Counted from the first letter of the stretch, positions 18,237 to 28,323 are shown. The stretch is DNA of 64,000 nucleotides from Accumulibacter sp. (GCF_029255145.1 NZ_JAPUVQ010000050.1:15681-79680); one strand, 5' to 3'. Numbers and translations: made by a program. Notes: a model not told the origin generated them from the sequence alone.

Positions 18237-19889
18237 TCAGCGGCGGCGACGGGCGATCTGGCGCGATAGCGCGATCAGCGGCAGGAGCCCGACGGCGACG
18301 ATCGCCAGTGACGCGCTGGCCGCCTCGGCGAGCCGCTCGTCCGAAGCGAGGGTATAGGCCTGGGTCGCCAGCGTATCGAAATCGAAAGGGCGCATGACCA
18401 GCGTCGCCGGCAACTCCTTCATGACGTCGACGAATACCAGCAGGCCGGCGGTGAACAGGCTGCTGCGCAGGATCGGCAGGTGTACCCGGCGCAGCGTCGC
18501 TGCTTGTCCGAGGCCCAGGCTGCGCGCTGCATCGTCCATGTTGGTGGTGATCTTGGCCAGGCTGGTGCTGACCGCCTGCAAGGCGACGGCGAGGAAGCGC
18601 ACCAGGTAGGCATAGATCAGCGCGGCAATGCCGCCGGTGATCAGCAGGCCGGGGTTGCCCCCGAACCACTCCTGCCATTGCCCGGCCAGCCAGATGTCCA
18701 GACGGCTGACCGGAATCAGGACGCCAACGGCGATCACGGAACCGGGGACCGCGTAGCCGAGGCCAACCAGGCGGTTCAGCGTCCGCGCGACAAAGCCCCT
18801 GGACAGGCGCGCGCCGTACGCGAGCAGGACCGCCAGGGCGACGGCGATGACGGCGGTCAGCCCGGCCAGCAGGAAGCTGTTGCGCACCATGCCGAAGAAA
18901 TGCTCGCCGAAGCGTGCCTGGCCGTCGGCCAGCGCCAGGCGCAGCAGCAGGTACGCGGGGAGCAGGAAGCCGATCGTCAGCGGCAGCGCGCACAGCGCAC
19001 TGGCCAGCCAGCCAAGCCAGCCCGGCAAGGGGCGCCCCGCCCTCTGGCGGTGGCGTCCGGTGGTGTCGTGAAAGCGCGAGCGACCGCGTGAGCCGCGCTC
19101 GATCAGCAGCAGGAGCATTACGAAGAGCAGCAGGGCCGCCGCCAGCTGGGCCGCGGCTATGCGATCGCCAAGCGAGAACCAGGCGCGATAGATGCCGGTG
19201 GTGAAGGTTTGCACGCCGAAGTATGAAACCGTCCCGTAATCAGCGAGGGTCTCCATCAGCGCCAGCGCGGTACCGGCCGCGATCGCTGGCCTGGCCAGCG
19301 GCAGCGACACCCGAAAGAAGCCGCGCCACGGCCCGAGGCCCAGCGTGCGCGATGCTTCGAGCATGCCGCTGGCCCGTTCCAGGAAGGCCGCGCGGGTCAG
19401 CAGGTAGACGTACGGGTAGAGCACGAAGATGAACATGCTGACCGCGCCACCGAGGCTGCGCACTTCCGGAAACCAGTAGTCGGCCTTGCTCCAGCCGAAG
19501 GATTCGCGCAGGAAACTCTGCAGTGGCCCGACGAACTGCAGAAAATCGGTATACACGTAGGCCAGGACGTACGCCGGCATCGCCAGAGGCAAGACCAGCG
19601 CCCACTCGAACACCCGCCGACCGGGGAAGGAGTGCATGGTCGTCAGCCACGCCGTCGCCACGCCGACGGCCATCACCCCCAGACCGACCGCGAGGCACAA
19701 CACCAGGGTATTGCCGACGTAGCTCGGAAGAACCGTCGCCGCCAGATGCGACCAGGTGGCGCCGGTACCGCCGCTGAAGATGTTCGCCAGGACGCTCAGC
19801 ACCGGCAGGCCGACCAGTGCCGCGACGGTGGCGGAAACCACAAGCAGGGGGGAAGCCAGACGCAGGGGATTGAGGCGCGAGCGGGTCAT
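18237..19889 (-). CDS. fbpB: iron(III) ABC transporter permease (double-module)
   Basis: 550 aa, polytopic, with two tandem permease modules as in FbpB. Confidence 0.85.
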   Translation of the reverse strand: MTRSRLNPLRLASPLLVVSATVAALVGLPVLSVLANIFSGGTGATWSHLAATVLPSYVGNTLVLCLAVGLGVMAVGVATAWLTTMHSFPGRRVFEWALVLPLAMPAYVLAYVYTDFLQFVGPLQSFLRESFGWSKADYWFPEVRSLGGAVSMFIFVLYPYVYLLTRAAFLERASGMLEASRTLGLGPWRGFFRVSLPLARPAIAAGTALALMETLADYGTVSYFGVQTFTTGIYRAWFSLGDRIAAAQLAAALLLFVMLLLLIERGSRGRSRFHDTTGRHRQRAGRPLPGWLGWLASALCALPLTIGFLLPAYLLLRLALADGQARFGEHFFGMVRNSFLLAGLTAVIAVALAVLLAYGARLSRGFVARTLNRLVGLGYAVPGSVIAVGVLIPVSRLDIWLAGQWQEWFGGNPGLLITGGIAALIYAYLVRFLAVALQAVSTSLAKITTNMDDAARSLGLGQAATLRRVHLPILRSSLFTAGLLVFVDVMKELPATLVMRPFDFDTLATQAYTLASDERLAEAASASLAIVAVGLLPLIALSRQIARRRR

Positions 19890-19900
19890 GGTTCAAGCGG

Positions 19901-19919
19901 CTAAATGAGAATTATAATT
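19901..19919. promoter_or_regulatory. Fur-box-like AT-rich 19-mer in fbpB/fbpC divergent region
   Basis: CTAAATGAGAATTATAATT matches the Fur consensus at 12/19 positions by hand count. It is the only AT-rich island in this intergenic region. Confidence 0.3.
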
Positions 19920-20013
19920 GACAAGTACCCCGTTTGACCTTGCCAGCTGGCGCCGCGCCGGCTGCGGCGCCAGCGGATCCCGCCAACCGGCAGCACCCGA
20001 TCACCAGGCATCG

Positions 20014-21123
20014 ATGGCCCACCTCGAACTCGAAGGAATCGTCCAGCGTTACGGATCGCATACGGTGGTCGATGGCGTCGGCTTTGGCGTCGAAACGGGC
20101 ACCATTGCCTGCCTGCTTGGCCCTTCGGGCTGCGGCAAGACGACCCTGCTGCGGTGCATTGCCGGTTTCGAGGAAATCGCCGCCGGCGAGATTCGGATCG
20201 ACGGCCGGACGGTGAGCCGCGCCGGGCGTCGCGTGCCGCCGGAGAAGCGGCAGATCGGCATGGTTTTTCAGGATTACGCCCTGTTCCCGCATCTCAGCGT
20301 CGCGGCCAATGTCGGTTTTGGCCTCGCCGGGCTGGCCGCCCGTGACCGCCAGCAACGGGTCGCCGAGTTGCTGGCGACGGTCGGCCTCGGTGGCCAGGGC
20401 AGCAAGTACCCGCACGAACTTTCGGGCGGCCAGCAGCAGCGCGTCGCGCTGGCGCGCGCCCTGGCGCCGCAACCGGAGCTGCTGCTGCTCGACGAGCCCT
20501 TCTCGAACCTCGACGTCGGTCTGCGCGAGCGGCTGTCGCTCGAAGTGCGCGAGATCCTGAAAAGCCAGAACATTACCGCGGTGCTGGTCACCCATGATCA
20601 GCACGAAGCATTCGCGATGGCCGACGAAATCGGGGTGATGGCCGCCGGAATCATTCAGCAATGGGACACCCCATACCGCCTGTACCATCAGCCGGTGAAC
20701 CGTTTTGTCGCCGATTTTGTCGGGCAGGGCGTTTTCGTCGCCGGCGTGGTGATCGACGACAGCAGCGTCGAAGTCGAACTGGGCGTCCTCGAATCGCGTC
20801 TGCCGCTCGAATGCAGCCAGGGTTGCGAGGCCTGTGGTCAGGGTTGTGGCGTCGAAGTGCTGCTGCGTCCGGATGACATCATTCACGACGATCGCAGCGA
20901 TCTGTTGGCGGAGGTCCGGCACAAGGCCTTTCGCGGCGCCGAGATCCTCTATACCTTGCGACTCGACAGCGGCGTCGAAGTCCTGTCGCTGGTCCCCTCG
21001 CATCACAATCACGCCCTTGGCGAGAAGATCGGTATCCGGCTGGACGTTGACCACGTCGTTGCCTTCAAGACGCCGACCCGCGCTTTCCCGTCGAACGCGC
21101 AGGCTATCCAGTTCCATCGATGA
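20014..21123 (+). CDS. fbpC: iron(III) ABC transporter ATP-binding protein
   Basis: ATG 20014 ([14 protein letters not shown]). Walker [10 protein letters not shown], signature [15 protein letters not shown], Walker B LLLLDEP. Confidence 0.85.
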   Translation: MAHLELEGIVQRYGSHTVVDGVGFGVETGTIACLLGPSGCGKTTLLRCIAGFEEIAAGEIRIDGRTVSRAGRRVPPEKRQIGMVFQDYALFPHLSVAANVGFGLAGLAARDRQQRVAELLATVGLGGQGSKYPHELSGGQQQRVALARALAPQPELLLLDEPFSNLDVGLRERLSLEVREILKSQNITAVLVTHDQHEAFAMADEIGVMAAGIIQQWDTPYRLYHQPVNRFVADFVGQGVFVAGVVIDDSSVEVELGVLESRLPLECSQGCEACGQGCGVEVLLRPDDIIHDDRSDLLAEVRHKAFRGAEILYTLRLDSGVEVLSLVPSHHNHALGEKIGIRLDVDHVVAFKTPTRAFPSNAQAIQFHR

Positions 21124-21827
21124 TTCCATGGCTCGAAGGCAGCGAACCCTTCCCGCCGCTGGAGGGCGCCCTGAGCGATCCGAACGGCCTGCTCTGTGCG
21201 GGTGGCGACCTGTCACCGAAACGCTTGCTCGACGCCTACCAACATGGAATCTTTCCCTGGTATTCGAGGGGCGAGCCGATCCTCTGGTGGAGTCCGGACC
21301 CGCGCATGGTTCTCGATCCCGGCGAATTCCGGGTCTCGCGCTCGCTGCGCCGCAGTTTGCGCGCCGGTCGCTGGCAGGTGACCCTGGACCGCGATTTCCC
21401 GGCGGTCATCCGGGCCTGCGCCGAAGCGCCACGCAGCGGCCAGGACGGCACCTGGATCGTCCGCGACATCCAGCACGCCTACTGGCAGCTGGCCCAACTG
21501 GGATTCGCCCATTCGGTGGAAACCTGGCTTGACGGCGAGCTGGTTGGCGGCCTATACGGCCTGGCGATCGGCCGCATGTTCTACGGAGAGTCGATGTTCT
21601 CGCGGGTCACCGACGCCTCGAAGGTTGCCGCCGCGCATCTTGCCCGCTTTCTCGAAGGCGAAGGATACGGCATGATAGATTGCCAGATGAGTACGCCGCA
21701 CCTGGCGTCGCTTGGCGCGCGGGAGATTCCTCGTGCGGTTTTCATGGCGCGTCTGCGGGCCCTGGTCGCCGTCCCCTGGCAGCCCGGCCGCTGGCCGACG
21801 AACGGCGCCAGCCAGGCCTGGAACTAG
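21120..21827 (+). CDS. aat: leucyl/phenylalanyl-tRNA--protein transferase
   Basis: 235 aa with the family-typical [19 protein letters not shown] and GGLYG motifs. ATGA overlap with fbpC. Confidence 0.9.
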   Translation: MIPWLEGSEPFPPLEGALSDPNGLLCAGGDLSPKRLLDAYQHGIFPWYSRGEPILWWSPDPRMVLDPGEFRVSRSLRRSLRAGRWQVTLDRDFPAVIRACAEAPRSGQDGTWIVRDIQHAYWQLAQLGFAHSVETWLDGELVGGLYGLAIGRMFYGESMFSRVTDASKVAAAHLARFLEGEGYGMIDCQMSTPHLASLGAREIPRAVFMARLRALVAVPWQPGRWPTNGASQAWN

Positions 21828-21831
21828 ATAC

Positions 21832-22596
21832 ATGGCGCGACTCAACGACTCCGACCTGCCGTTCTCCTTGCTGCAGTTCTACGCCACGGCGCCCTACACC
21901 TGCAGCTACCTGCCGGGTGAGCGGGCACGTTCGCAGGTTGCCGCACCAAGCCATCTGATCAATAGCGAGGTCTACGGCGAACTCGTACGCAGCGGCTTTC
22001 GACGCAGCGGGATGTTCACCTACCGGCCGAAGTGCGATGCCTGCCAGGCCTGCGTCCCGGTGCGCATCCCGGTCAAGGCCTTCGCACCCAACCGCAGCCA
22101 GCGCCGCAGCCTCCGGATGCACGGCGCGCTGCACGCACGCGAGTTGCCGCTCGTTTTTCGCGACGAACACTACCAGCTCTACCTGCGCTACCAGTCGGCC
22201 CGGCACGCCGGCGGCGGCATGGATCAGGACAGCCACGACCAGTACGCGCACTTCCTGCTGCAGAGCCGGGTGGACACCCGCCTGGTCGAATTCACCGACC
22301 ACGGCGAGCTGCGCATGGTCAGTATCGTCGACGTGCTGAGCGACGGTCTGTCTTCGGTCTACACCTTCTACGATCCGGACCTGCAGTCGGCCAGTTTCGG
22401 CACCTACAACATCCTCTGGCAGATCTCCCAGTGCCTTGCCAACGGCCTGCCCTACCTGTATCTCGGCTACTGGATTGGCGGTAGCCGGAAAATGGCCTAC
22501 AAAGCCAATTTCAAGGCCATCGAGGGACTGGTCGACGGTCGGTGGAGCGATCTGAGATCGCGGTTGGGGCTGCAAGCGGGCGCGCTTTCCGGATAG
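21832..22596 (+). CDS. bpt: arginyl-tRNA--protein transferase family (Bpt, Asp/Glu leucyltransferase)
   Basis: ATG 21832 ([30 protein letters not shown]). Cys cluster [14 protein letters not shown]- and C-terminal domain layout. Confidence 0.85.
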   Translation: MARLNDSDLPFSLLQFYATAPYTCSYLPGERARSQVAAPSHLINSEVYGELVRSGFRRSGMFTYRPKCDACQACVPVRIPVKAFAPNRSQRRSLRMHGALHARELPLVFRDEHYQLYLRYQSARHAGGGMDQDSHDQYAHFLLQSRVDTRLVEFTDHGELRMVSIVDVLSDGLSSVYTFYDPDLQSASFGTYNILWQISQCLANGLPYLYLGYWIGGSRKMAYKANFKAIEGLVDGRWSDLRSRLGLQAGALSG

Positions 22597-22635
22597 AATG
22601 TCGGTTTGCGCTTTGCTCCCCGCTGAGCTTCGTCC

Positions 22636-25170
22636 ATGTCCAGCAAGAAAAGACCTTCTGCCGCGCGCGCTCGTCCAGCTGCTGTCGGGGGCGTGCTTTC
22701 GCCCGAGGCAAGAGCCCGACAGGCGCTGGACACGCGCCACTTCCGCGAGGCTATAGAACACTACAAGACCTTGCTGAAACAGGAGCGCCGCGTCGAGTGG
22801 CTCGATGGCCTGGCCGACAGCTATGCCGGCCGCGCCGCCGAACTGGCCGACAAGGGCATGCTTTCCGAGGCGCTGGTGGTGTGGCGTAATCGCGCCAGCC
22901 TGTGTGGTCGGCCGCTGGCCGAAGGACCCTACCTTGGCTGGCTGCTGCGCGCTGGCGAGCACGATGCCGCACTGGCTTTGCTGACCGCTGATGGCCTTTC
23001 GGCGACCGCGGCTGCCGAGCTGGAAACCGGGCTGGCCGCGGTGGTGCTGACCTCGCCCGACAGCGCGCTGGCGCGGCTCGCCGCCGACAGCCCGCTATTT
23101 CGCCAGCGTCCGATCGCGTTGGCCGCCATCGCCGCTTGCTGCCGCGGCGACCAGACCGAGCTGGAGCAGCACTTGCGTGCGATACCGTTTCGTTCGCCAT
23201 ATCGCGACCTTCGTTTCATCCTCAAGGCGCTGTCGGTGGTCGGCAGTGACCCGGCCCAGGCCGCCGGCCTGATCGGCCGGGCGGTCGTCGCTGGCCCTTT
23301 CGAAGGCCTCGCCGCGGTCGTTCGCGCCGCCATTCTTCCCGGCAGCCGCTGGCTTGCCGCCATGCCAGCTCTCGACGACGAGGGTCGGCAGTTGCTGCTG
23401 GACCTCAAGGGGTGCCCGGAAGACCGTCGTTCCGTTCTTTTCGACCTTGCCCGGCTTGGTAGCACGCCACCACCCGCCAAGGTGGTCGAGTTGCTGCTAC
23501 GGCGCCATCGCGGCTTGCCGGCGAGCGTGGCGACGCTTTGCCGGCGACTGTTGCCCTACGCGCAGCAACGCATGTCGGAATACCAGGGCGCTTTCGGTCC
23601 GCTGACCGAAGGCGAGCAGGAGTGCATTGCGGCGCTGGCAGCCGAACATCAGGGCGATTCGAGACTGAGCAGGGCGCACTGGTTGCGTGCCGCAGAATGG
23701 TACTCGCCGCCCGAAAAGGAGCCGCTGCAGGCGGCGCTGATCCTGCGCCGTCTGTTTGAGGTGTTCGTCGGCGATGCCGAGCGCGCGGATCCGGATGCGG
23801 AGTGCATCGACTGGCTGCAACGCAGCCTGGCGTTGGACCCGGACGACCTCGCCACGTACCTGAAAGTGATTCGAATCCATCGACAGGGTCGTGACCTCAG
23901 GGCGGCGCGGGCGATGGTCGACCGCGCGCTGGCGCGCTTTGCCAACGATCCGGCGGTGCTGCTCGAAGCGGTCGAGGTGGCCCTGGCCGGCAATGCCTTC
24001 AAGAAAGCGGTGACCCTGGCGAAGCGCCTGCTGGAACTCGATCCGATCAATTCACGGGTGCGCGCGCTGATCGGCCAGGCGCATGTTTCGCATGCGCGCA
24101 AGCAGATTCGCGCGAAGCGGCCGGACGCGGCTGCCAAGGAACTCGCTCTCGCCGAGCAGTGGCTCATTTCGGCCGACGAGCGCAGCGTCGTCAAACTGCT
24201 GCGTGGCCTGAGTGCTACCGATCAGACGGCGAGCGCGCTGCTGAGCGATGTGGTGCGCGAACTCGGCGGCCAGTTGCTGGCGGCTTTTCACCTGTTGCTG
24301 GAATGCGCCCGCGTCGGCATTCCGGCGCCAGCGACGCTGCGTCGTGCCGGCATCGATCTGTCGGGCAAACCGAACGCGAGCGAAGTCCTGGCGGTGGCGC
24401 ACGCGCTGAATACGCTGCGAGAAGAACCGCGGGCGCTGCGGACGCTGCTCGATTCACTGCGTGCACCGCTGCGTCGTGCTGCCGGTGAAGACTTCAGTGA
24501 ATCCGAGCGGGTTTCGATCTGCGAAGCGCTGCTGCGCTGGGACGAGCGGTCGCTGCTGCAGGCCTATGCGGATGTCGGCCTGAAGCGCTGGCCCGCACGG
24601 CCGATCTTCGTCTATTTCACGACCTTTGCCCGGCACGGCGCGCGCGCCTATTTCGTCATCTCCGTGCGTGAAGAGACGGCCCTGGCGCGAGCGCTGGATC
24701 AGGCCCAGGACGATGGCGATCAACGGACCGCCTTGCGAATTCGCGGCTTGATCGAGCCGCCGGAGCGTTTCCACAGCTGCCCTACGGGCGATTCCGATGA
24801 CTGGGGCGACCTGGAAGACGCCTTTGCGGACTTGGGCAATGGGCTGCCCCTCGATCCACGCGCGGTCCTGGAAATGATGCTGGGCATGGCCGGCGAAGAG
24901 CAGGTCATCAGCATGGCTCGCGAAGGTTTCTCGGCCAGCGAGTTTCGGCAGCTTGAGCGTGCCGCCGGCGGCAACCGCAAGAAACTGGCCAGGCTGTTGG
25001 TCGAGGCGGTCGGCGATCGGGTGGAGCGCCGGGCGGCTGATCTCCCATCGGACCCGTTGCCACCTCCGCCGGCCGCGCCACCTCCGCGCTTGGCTCCGAG
25101 ACGCAAGCCGCCAGCACCACCCGTGCAGCCCGTTCACGATGACCGGCAGAAAGACCTGTTCGATGATTGA
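22636..25170 (+). CDS. large TPR-like repeat protein with Pro-rich acidic C-terminus
   Basis: 844 aa, helical-repeat rich (..AIEHYKTLLKQ.., ..YLKVIRIHRQGRDLRAARAMVDRALA..). The tail reads PPPPAAPPPRLAPRRKPPAPP..KDLFDD. First gene of the Hsp70 module. Confidence 0.7.
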   Translation: MSSKKRPSAARARPAAVGGVLSPEARARQALDTRHFREAIEHYKTLLKQERRVEWLDGLADSYAGRAAELADKGMLSEALVVWRNRASLCGRPLAEGPYLGWLLRAGEHDAALALLTADGLSATAAAELETGLAAVVLTSPDSALARLAADSPLFRQRPIALAAIAACCRGDQTELEQHLRAIPFRSPYRDLRFILKALSVVGSDPAQAAGLIGRAVVAGPFEGLAAVVRAAILPGSRWLAAMPALDDEGRQLLLDLKGCPEDRRSVLFDLARLGSTPPPAKVVELLLRRHRGLPASVATLCRRLLPYAQQRMSEYQGAFGPLTEGEQECIAALAAEHQGDSRLSRAHWLRAAEWYSPPEKEPLQAALILRRLFEVFVGDAERADPDAECIDWLQRSLALDPDDLATYLKVIRIHRQGRDLRAARAMVDRALARFANDPAVLLEAVEVALAGNAFKKAVTLAKRLLELDPINSRVRALIGQAHVSHARKQIRAKRPDAAAKELALAEQWLISADERSVVKLLRGLSATDQTASALLSDVVRELGGQLLAAFHLLLECARVGIPAPATLRRAGIDLSGKPNASEVLAVAHALNTLREEPRALRTLLDSLRAPLRRAAGEDFSESERVSICEALLRWDERSLLQAYADVGLKRWPARPIFVYFTTFARHGARAYFVISVREETALARALDQAQDDGDQRTALRIRGLIEPPERFHSCPTGDSDDWGDLEDAFADLGNGLPLDPRAVLEMMLGMAGEEQVISMAREGFSASEFRQLERAAGGNRKKLARLLVEAVGDRVERRAADLPSDPLPPPPAAPPPRLAPRRKPPAPPVQPVHDDRQKDLFDD

Positions 25171-25453
25171 CCCTTACCGCATTCTTGGCGTCGAGTTCGC
25201 CGCCAGCGACGAAACGATCCGCAGCGCTTACCTGGCGGCGATTCGCGAATCGCCGCCAGAACGCGACCGTGAGCGTTTCGAAAGCGTCCGCGCTGCTTAC
25301 GAGGCGATTTCAGACCGGCGCCGCCGCCTCGCGCACCAGCTCTTCGACCATTCGCCGCCAACGCTCGATGACTTGCTGAGTGCCGTCAGCAGCGATTTCG
25401 TACCGCGTCCGCCGAGCGAGAACCGCTTGCTGCGCGTACTGGGGGCGAAGTGA
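25163..25453 (+). CDS. J-like domain protein (96 aa) lacking canonical HPD
   Basis: ATG 25163 (MIDPYRILGV..AYLAAIRESPPERD..AAYEAISD). This is a J-domain helix pattern with PPE where HPD is expected. It overlaps the TPR gene by 8 nt. Confidence 0.65.
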   Translation: MIDPYRILGVEFAASDETIRSAYLAAIRESPPERDRERFESVRAAYEAISDRRRRLAHQLFDHSPPTLDDLLSAVSSDFVPRPPSENRLLRVLGAK

Positions 25454-26214
25454 CACCGGTGTTGACGTACCTGCCGGCCCAGCCGTCGAGGCCAGTCCCG
25501 GGAGCCTTCTCCGCCGAGGAAAGGGAGCTTCTGGTCGAGCAGTTCCGCGCCGCTCTTGAGGACGCTGCAAGGCAGCCCGAAGCCGGCGGCTGGTCAGATC
25601 GTGAAGCCGATGACGAAGCCGTGGACGCGGCGCAACCGGCCGTCGACCTGGTCACCCTGCTCGGCGAAATGGCGGTGCTCAAGAACGAGCTGCGGCTGCA
25701 ATCGCGACAGTTCAAGAATACGCTCGACGAGCTGCGTGCCTTCGGCGGCGACCTGCGCGCGCACAGCGAGCGTCTGCAACGTGAACTCGAACGTGCGCGC
25801 GAGCACGCGGCGTCGATCGAGAGCCGGACCGCACGGCAATTTCTGCTGGCGCTGCTTGATCTGCGTGATCGCCTGCAGAGTGGCGTCGATGCGGCCCGGC
25901 GGCCGCCCTCGTCGCTCCTGGCGCGCCTGTTTTCGCGGTCGACGCGTCTTGCCAACAGTCTGGCCGATGGACAGCGCTTGACCCTGCAACGGCTGGACGA
26001 GCTGCTCGCCAGCAATGGTGTGCGGCCGATGCGCGTGGTCGGCGAAATTCTCGACCCCGAACGGATGCGCGTGGTCGGTCTCGAAGCCGCTGCCGCGTCG
26101 GCGACGGTTCCTGACGGTACCGTTCTGCGCGAGATCCGGCGCGGGTTTTTTCACGAAGGCGAGCTGTTGCGAGTCGCCGAAGTCATCGTCAGCAAGAAAG
26201 CGAACAGAACATGA
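25450..26214 (+). CDS. GrpE-like nucleotide exchange factor
   Basis: GTG 25450 (GTGA overlap). It has a coiled-coil region followed by a GrpE-type C-terminal beta domain (..VRPMRVVGEILDPERMRVVG..GTVLREIRRGFFHEGELLRVAEV). Confidence 0.75.
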   Translation: MTPVLTYLPAQPSRPVPGAFSAEERELLVEQFRAALEDAARQPEAGGWSDREADDEAVDAAQPAVDLVTLLGEMAVLKNELRLQSRQFKNTLDELRAFGGDLRAHSERLQRELERAREHAASIESRTARQFLLALLDLRDRLQSGVDAARRPPSSLLARLFSRSTRLANSLADGQRLTLQRLDELLASNGVRPMRVVGEILDPERMRVVGLEAAAASATVPDGTVLREIRRGFFHEGELLRVAEVIVSKKANRT

Positions 26215-27959
26215 CAGAAATCATCGTCGGCATCGATCTTGGAACCACCAACTCCGAGGTGGCGATCGTCCGTGACGGGCGTGTCGAGGTCCTGGAAGTG
26301 GCGCCGGGGGTGCGTATTCTCCCCTCGGTCGTTGGCGTTGGTGATGACGGCGCGCTGCTGATCGGCCAGGCGGCGCGCAACCAGTACGTGCTGCATCCCG
26401 AGCGCAGCGTGCGCTCGATCAAACGCCGGATGGGCGAATTCACGGCGGTGCACATGGCCGGTAAGGATTACAGCCCGCAGGAAATCTCGGCGATGATCTT
26501 GCGCCGGCTGCGCGAGATTGCCGAGGCGCATACCGGCGAGACCGTCACCAAGGCGGTGATTACCGTACCCGCGTATTTCTCGGATGCGCAGCGTCAGGCG
26601 ACGCGCGAGGCTGGCGAGATCGCCGGCCTGGAGGTGATGCGCATCATCAACGAGCCGACGGCTGCCGCGCTGGCCTACGAAAGTTGCCACAGCGGTGCGC
26701 GCAAGGTACTGGTCTACGACCTTGGTGGTGGCACTTTCGACGTCTCGGTGGTCAATCTGGAGAGTGCCGTCGTCGAGGTCCTCGCCAGTCACGGCAACAA
26801 TCACCTCGGCGGCGACGACTTCGACCTGCAACTCGTCACCTTTGCCGTCGAACACCTGCAGCGCGAGAACGGCATCGACGTTCGCGATAATGCGGTCGCC
26901 ATGGCGCGCCTGCAGCGAGCCGCCGAAGCCGCCAAGATCGCCCTGTCGGACCAGCCCTACGCGATCTTGTCCGAAGAGTACCTGCTGGAGAAGGACGGCG
27001 TCCCCGTGCACCTGTCGGTCGAGGTCTCGCGCGACGAGTACGAGGAAATGATCGCCCCCTTCGTTGCCGAAACGATCGAGGCGGTGCACGTCGCGCTGAG
27101 TGGCGCCGGGTTGACGGTCAGCGAGATCAACGAAATCCTGCTGGTCGGAGGCGCGACGCGCACGCCGCTGGTGCAGCGGCGGCTGGAACAGGATCTCGGC
27201 CTGCAACCGCGCGCAGAGGTCGATCCCGACCTCTGCGTCGCGATGGGCGCCGCCATCCAGGCGGCGGTGATCGCCGGTGGCCAGGCGCCGACGGTGCTGG
27301 TCGACGTCACGCCCTACACCTTCGGTACCAGCGCCATCGGTCCGCTCAACGGCGAGATCTATCCCTACTGCTTCGTTCCGCTGATCCGCAAGAACACGCC
27401 GATTCCGGTTTCCAGGAGCGAAGGCTTTTTCACCGTTTACGATGGCCAGACCAAGGTCGATGTCAACGTCTACCAGGGAGAAGACCCCGATGCGCTGAAC
27501 AACATCGAGATCGGGCGGTTCACCATCGAGGGCCTGCGCGATGCTCCGGCAGGCAACCCGCTGATCACTACCTTCGCGCTGGATGTGAACGGCATCCTGC
27601 AGGTGACTTCGCGCGAAAAGGAAAGCGGCCTGGTGCATTCGATCACCATCGACAACGCCATCGGGCGTTTTGCCGGTGACAAGTTGACGGCCGCGCGCGA
27701 TCGGATCGACGGGATGTTCGGCGATCGGGAAGAGGCGGGCGCGGCCGAAGCTGTCGGCGGTCGGCGGCTGCGTGTCGAGGCGACGGCGCTGATCGAAAAA
27801 GCCGAGCGCCTGATGACCTCCACAGGTGCCGAAGACTCGGAGGACCTGGTGAATGGTATCGAGGCCGTCAAGGACTGCCTCGCCGGATCCCGCTCCGAAG
27901 CCGAACTGAAGACGGCCATCGATGCGCTCGCCGACCTGCTCTATTATCTTGATGCCTGA
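26211..27959 (+). CDS. Hsp70 family ATPase (non-DnaK paralogue, 582 aa)
   Basis: Motifs IDLGTTNS, DLGGGTFD and LVGGATRTP are present. It is shorter than DnaK at the C-terminal lid. ATGA overlap with the grpE-like gene. Confidence 0.9.
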   Translation: MTEIIVGIDLGTTNSEVAIVRDGRVEVLEVAPGVRILPSVVGVGDDGALLIGQAARNQYVLHPERSVRSIKRRMGEFTAVHMAGKDYSPQEISAMILRRLREIAEAHTGETVTKAVITVPAYFSDAQRQATREAGEIAGLEVMRIINEPTAAALAYESCHSGARKVLVYDLGGGTFDVSVVNLESAVVEVLASHGNNHLGGDDFDLQLVTFAVEHLQRENGIDVRDNAVAMARLQRAAEAAKIALSDQPYAILSEEYLLEKDGVPVHLSVEVSRDEYEEMIAPFVAETIEAVHVALSGAGLTVSEINEILLVGGATRTPLVQRRLEQDLGLQPRAEVDPDLCVAMGAAIQAAVIAGGQAPTVLVDVTPYTFGTSAIGPLNGEIYPYCFVPLIRKNTPIPVSRSEGFFTVYDGQTKVDVNVYQGEDPDALNNIEIGRFTIEGLRDAPAGNPLITTFALDVNGILQVTSREKESGLVHSITIDNAIGRFAGDKLTAARDRIDGMFGDREEAGAAEAVGGRRLRVEATALIEKAERLMTSTGAEDSEDLVNGIEAVKDCLAGSRSEAELKTAIDALADLLYYLDA

Positions 27960-28323
27960 AGTCCTCGATCGCTGTCAGGCCTGCCGTGCACGCTTGACCG
28001 AGAGCGCGGTCTGTCCGCGTTGTGGCTGCGATTTCTCGCTCGCACGCAGGGCGCTGGAGCAGGGCCGGCATTGGCTGGACGACGCGCTGCGCTCGCTGGC
28101 GGTCGGTGACCGGGCGGCGGCCCGGCGCCAGGTCGATGCCGCTCTGGCCTTGAGCGGACCGCGCCTGGCACTGGCCATGAAGGCCTTCCTCGCCGGCGAA
28201 CCGCGCTCCCGCCGAACGAGGTTCGACGCGAATGCGGACGCGTCATCGCGTCGCGCCGAGATCGGCCCGGACGGTCTGCCGCACGGTGAATTGCCTGACC
28301 CGGATCGGGTCGAGGCCCAGTAA
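27952..28323 (+). CDS. zinc-ribbon protein (CxxC..CxxC), hypothetical
   Basis: MPEVLDRCQACRARLTESAVCPRCG, then a helical Ala/Arg-rich part. It overlaps the Hsp70 stop by 8 nt. An alternative ATG lies at 27922. Confidence 0.5.
   Translation: MPEVLDRCQACRARLTESAVCPRCGCDFSLARRALEQGRHWLDDALRSLAVGDRAAARRQVDAALALSGPRLALAMKAFLAGEPRSRRTRFDANADASSRRAEIGPDGLPHGELPDPDRVEAQ

Noticed and set aside
21742-22962. 406-aa minus-strand ORF
   Set aside because: It is antisense to bpt and to the start of the TPR gene. It has low-complexity composition and no start context.
26151-27638. 495-aa minus-strand ORF
   Set aside because: It is antisense to the Hsp70 gene, whose ATPase motifs are unambiguous on the plus strand.
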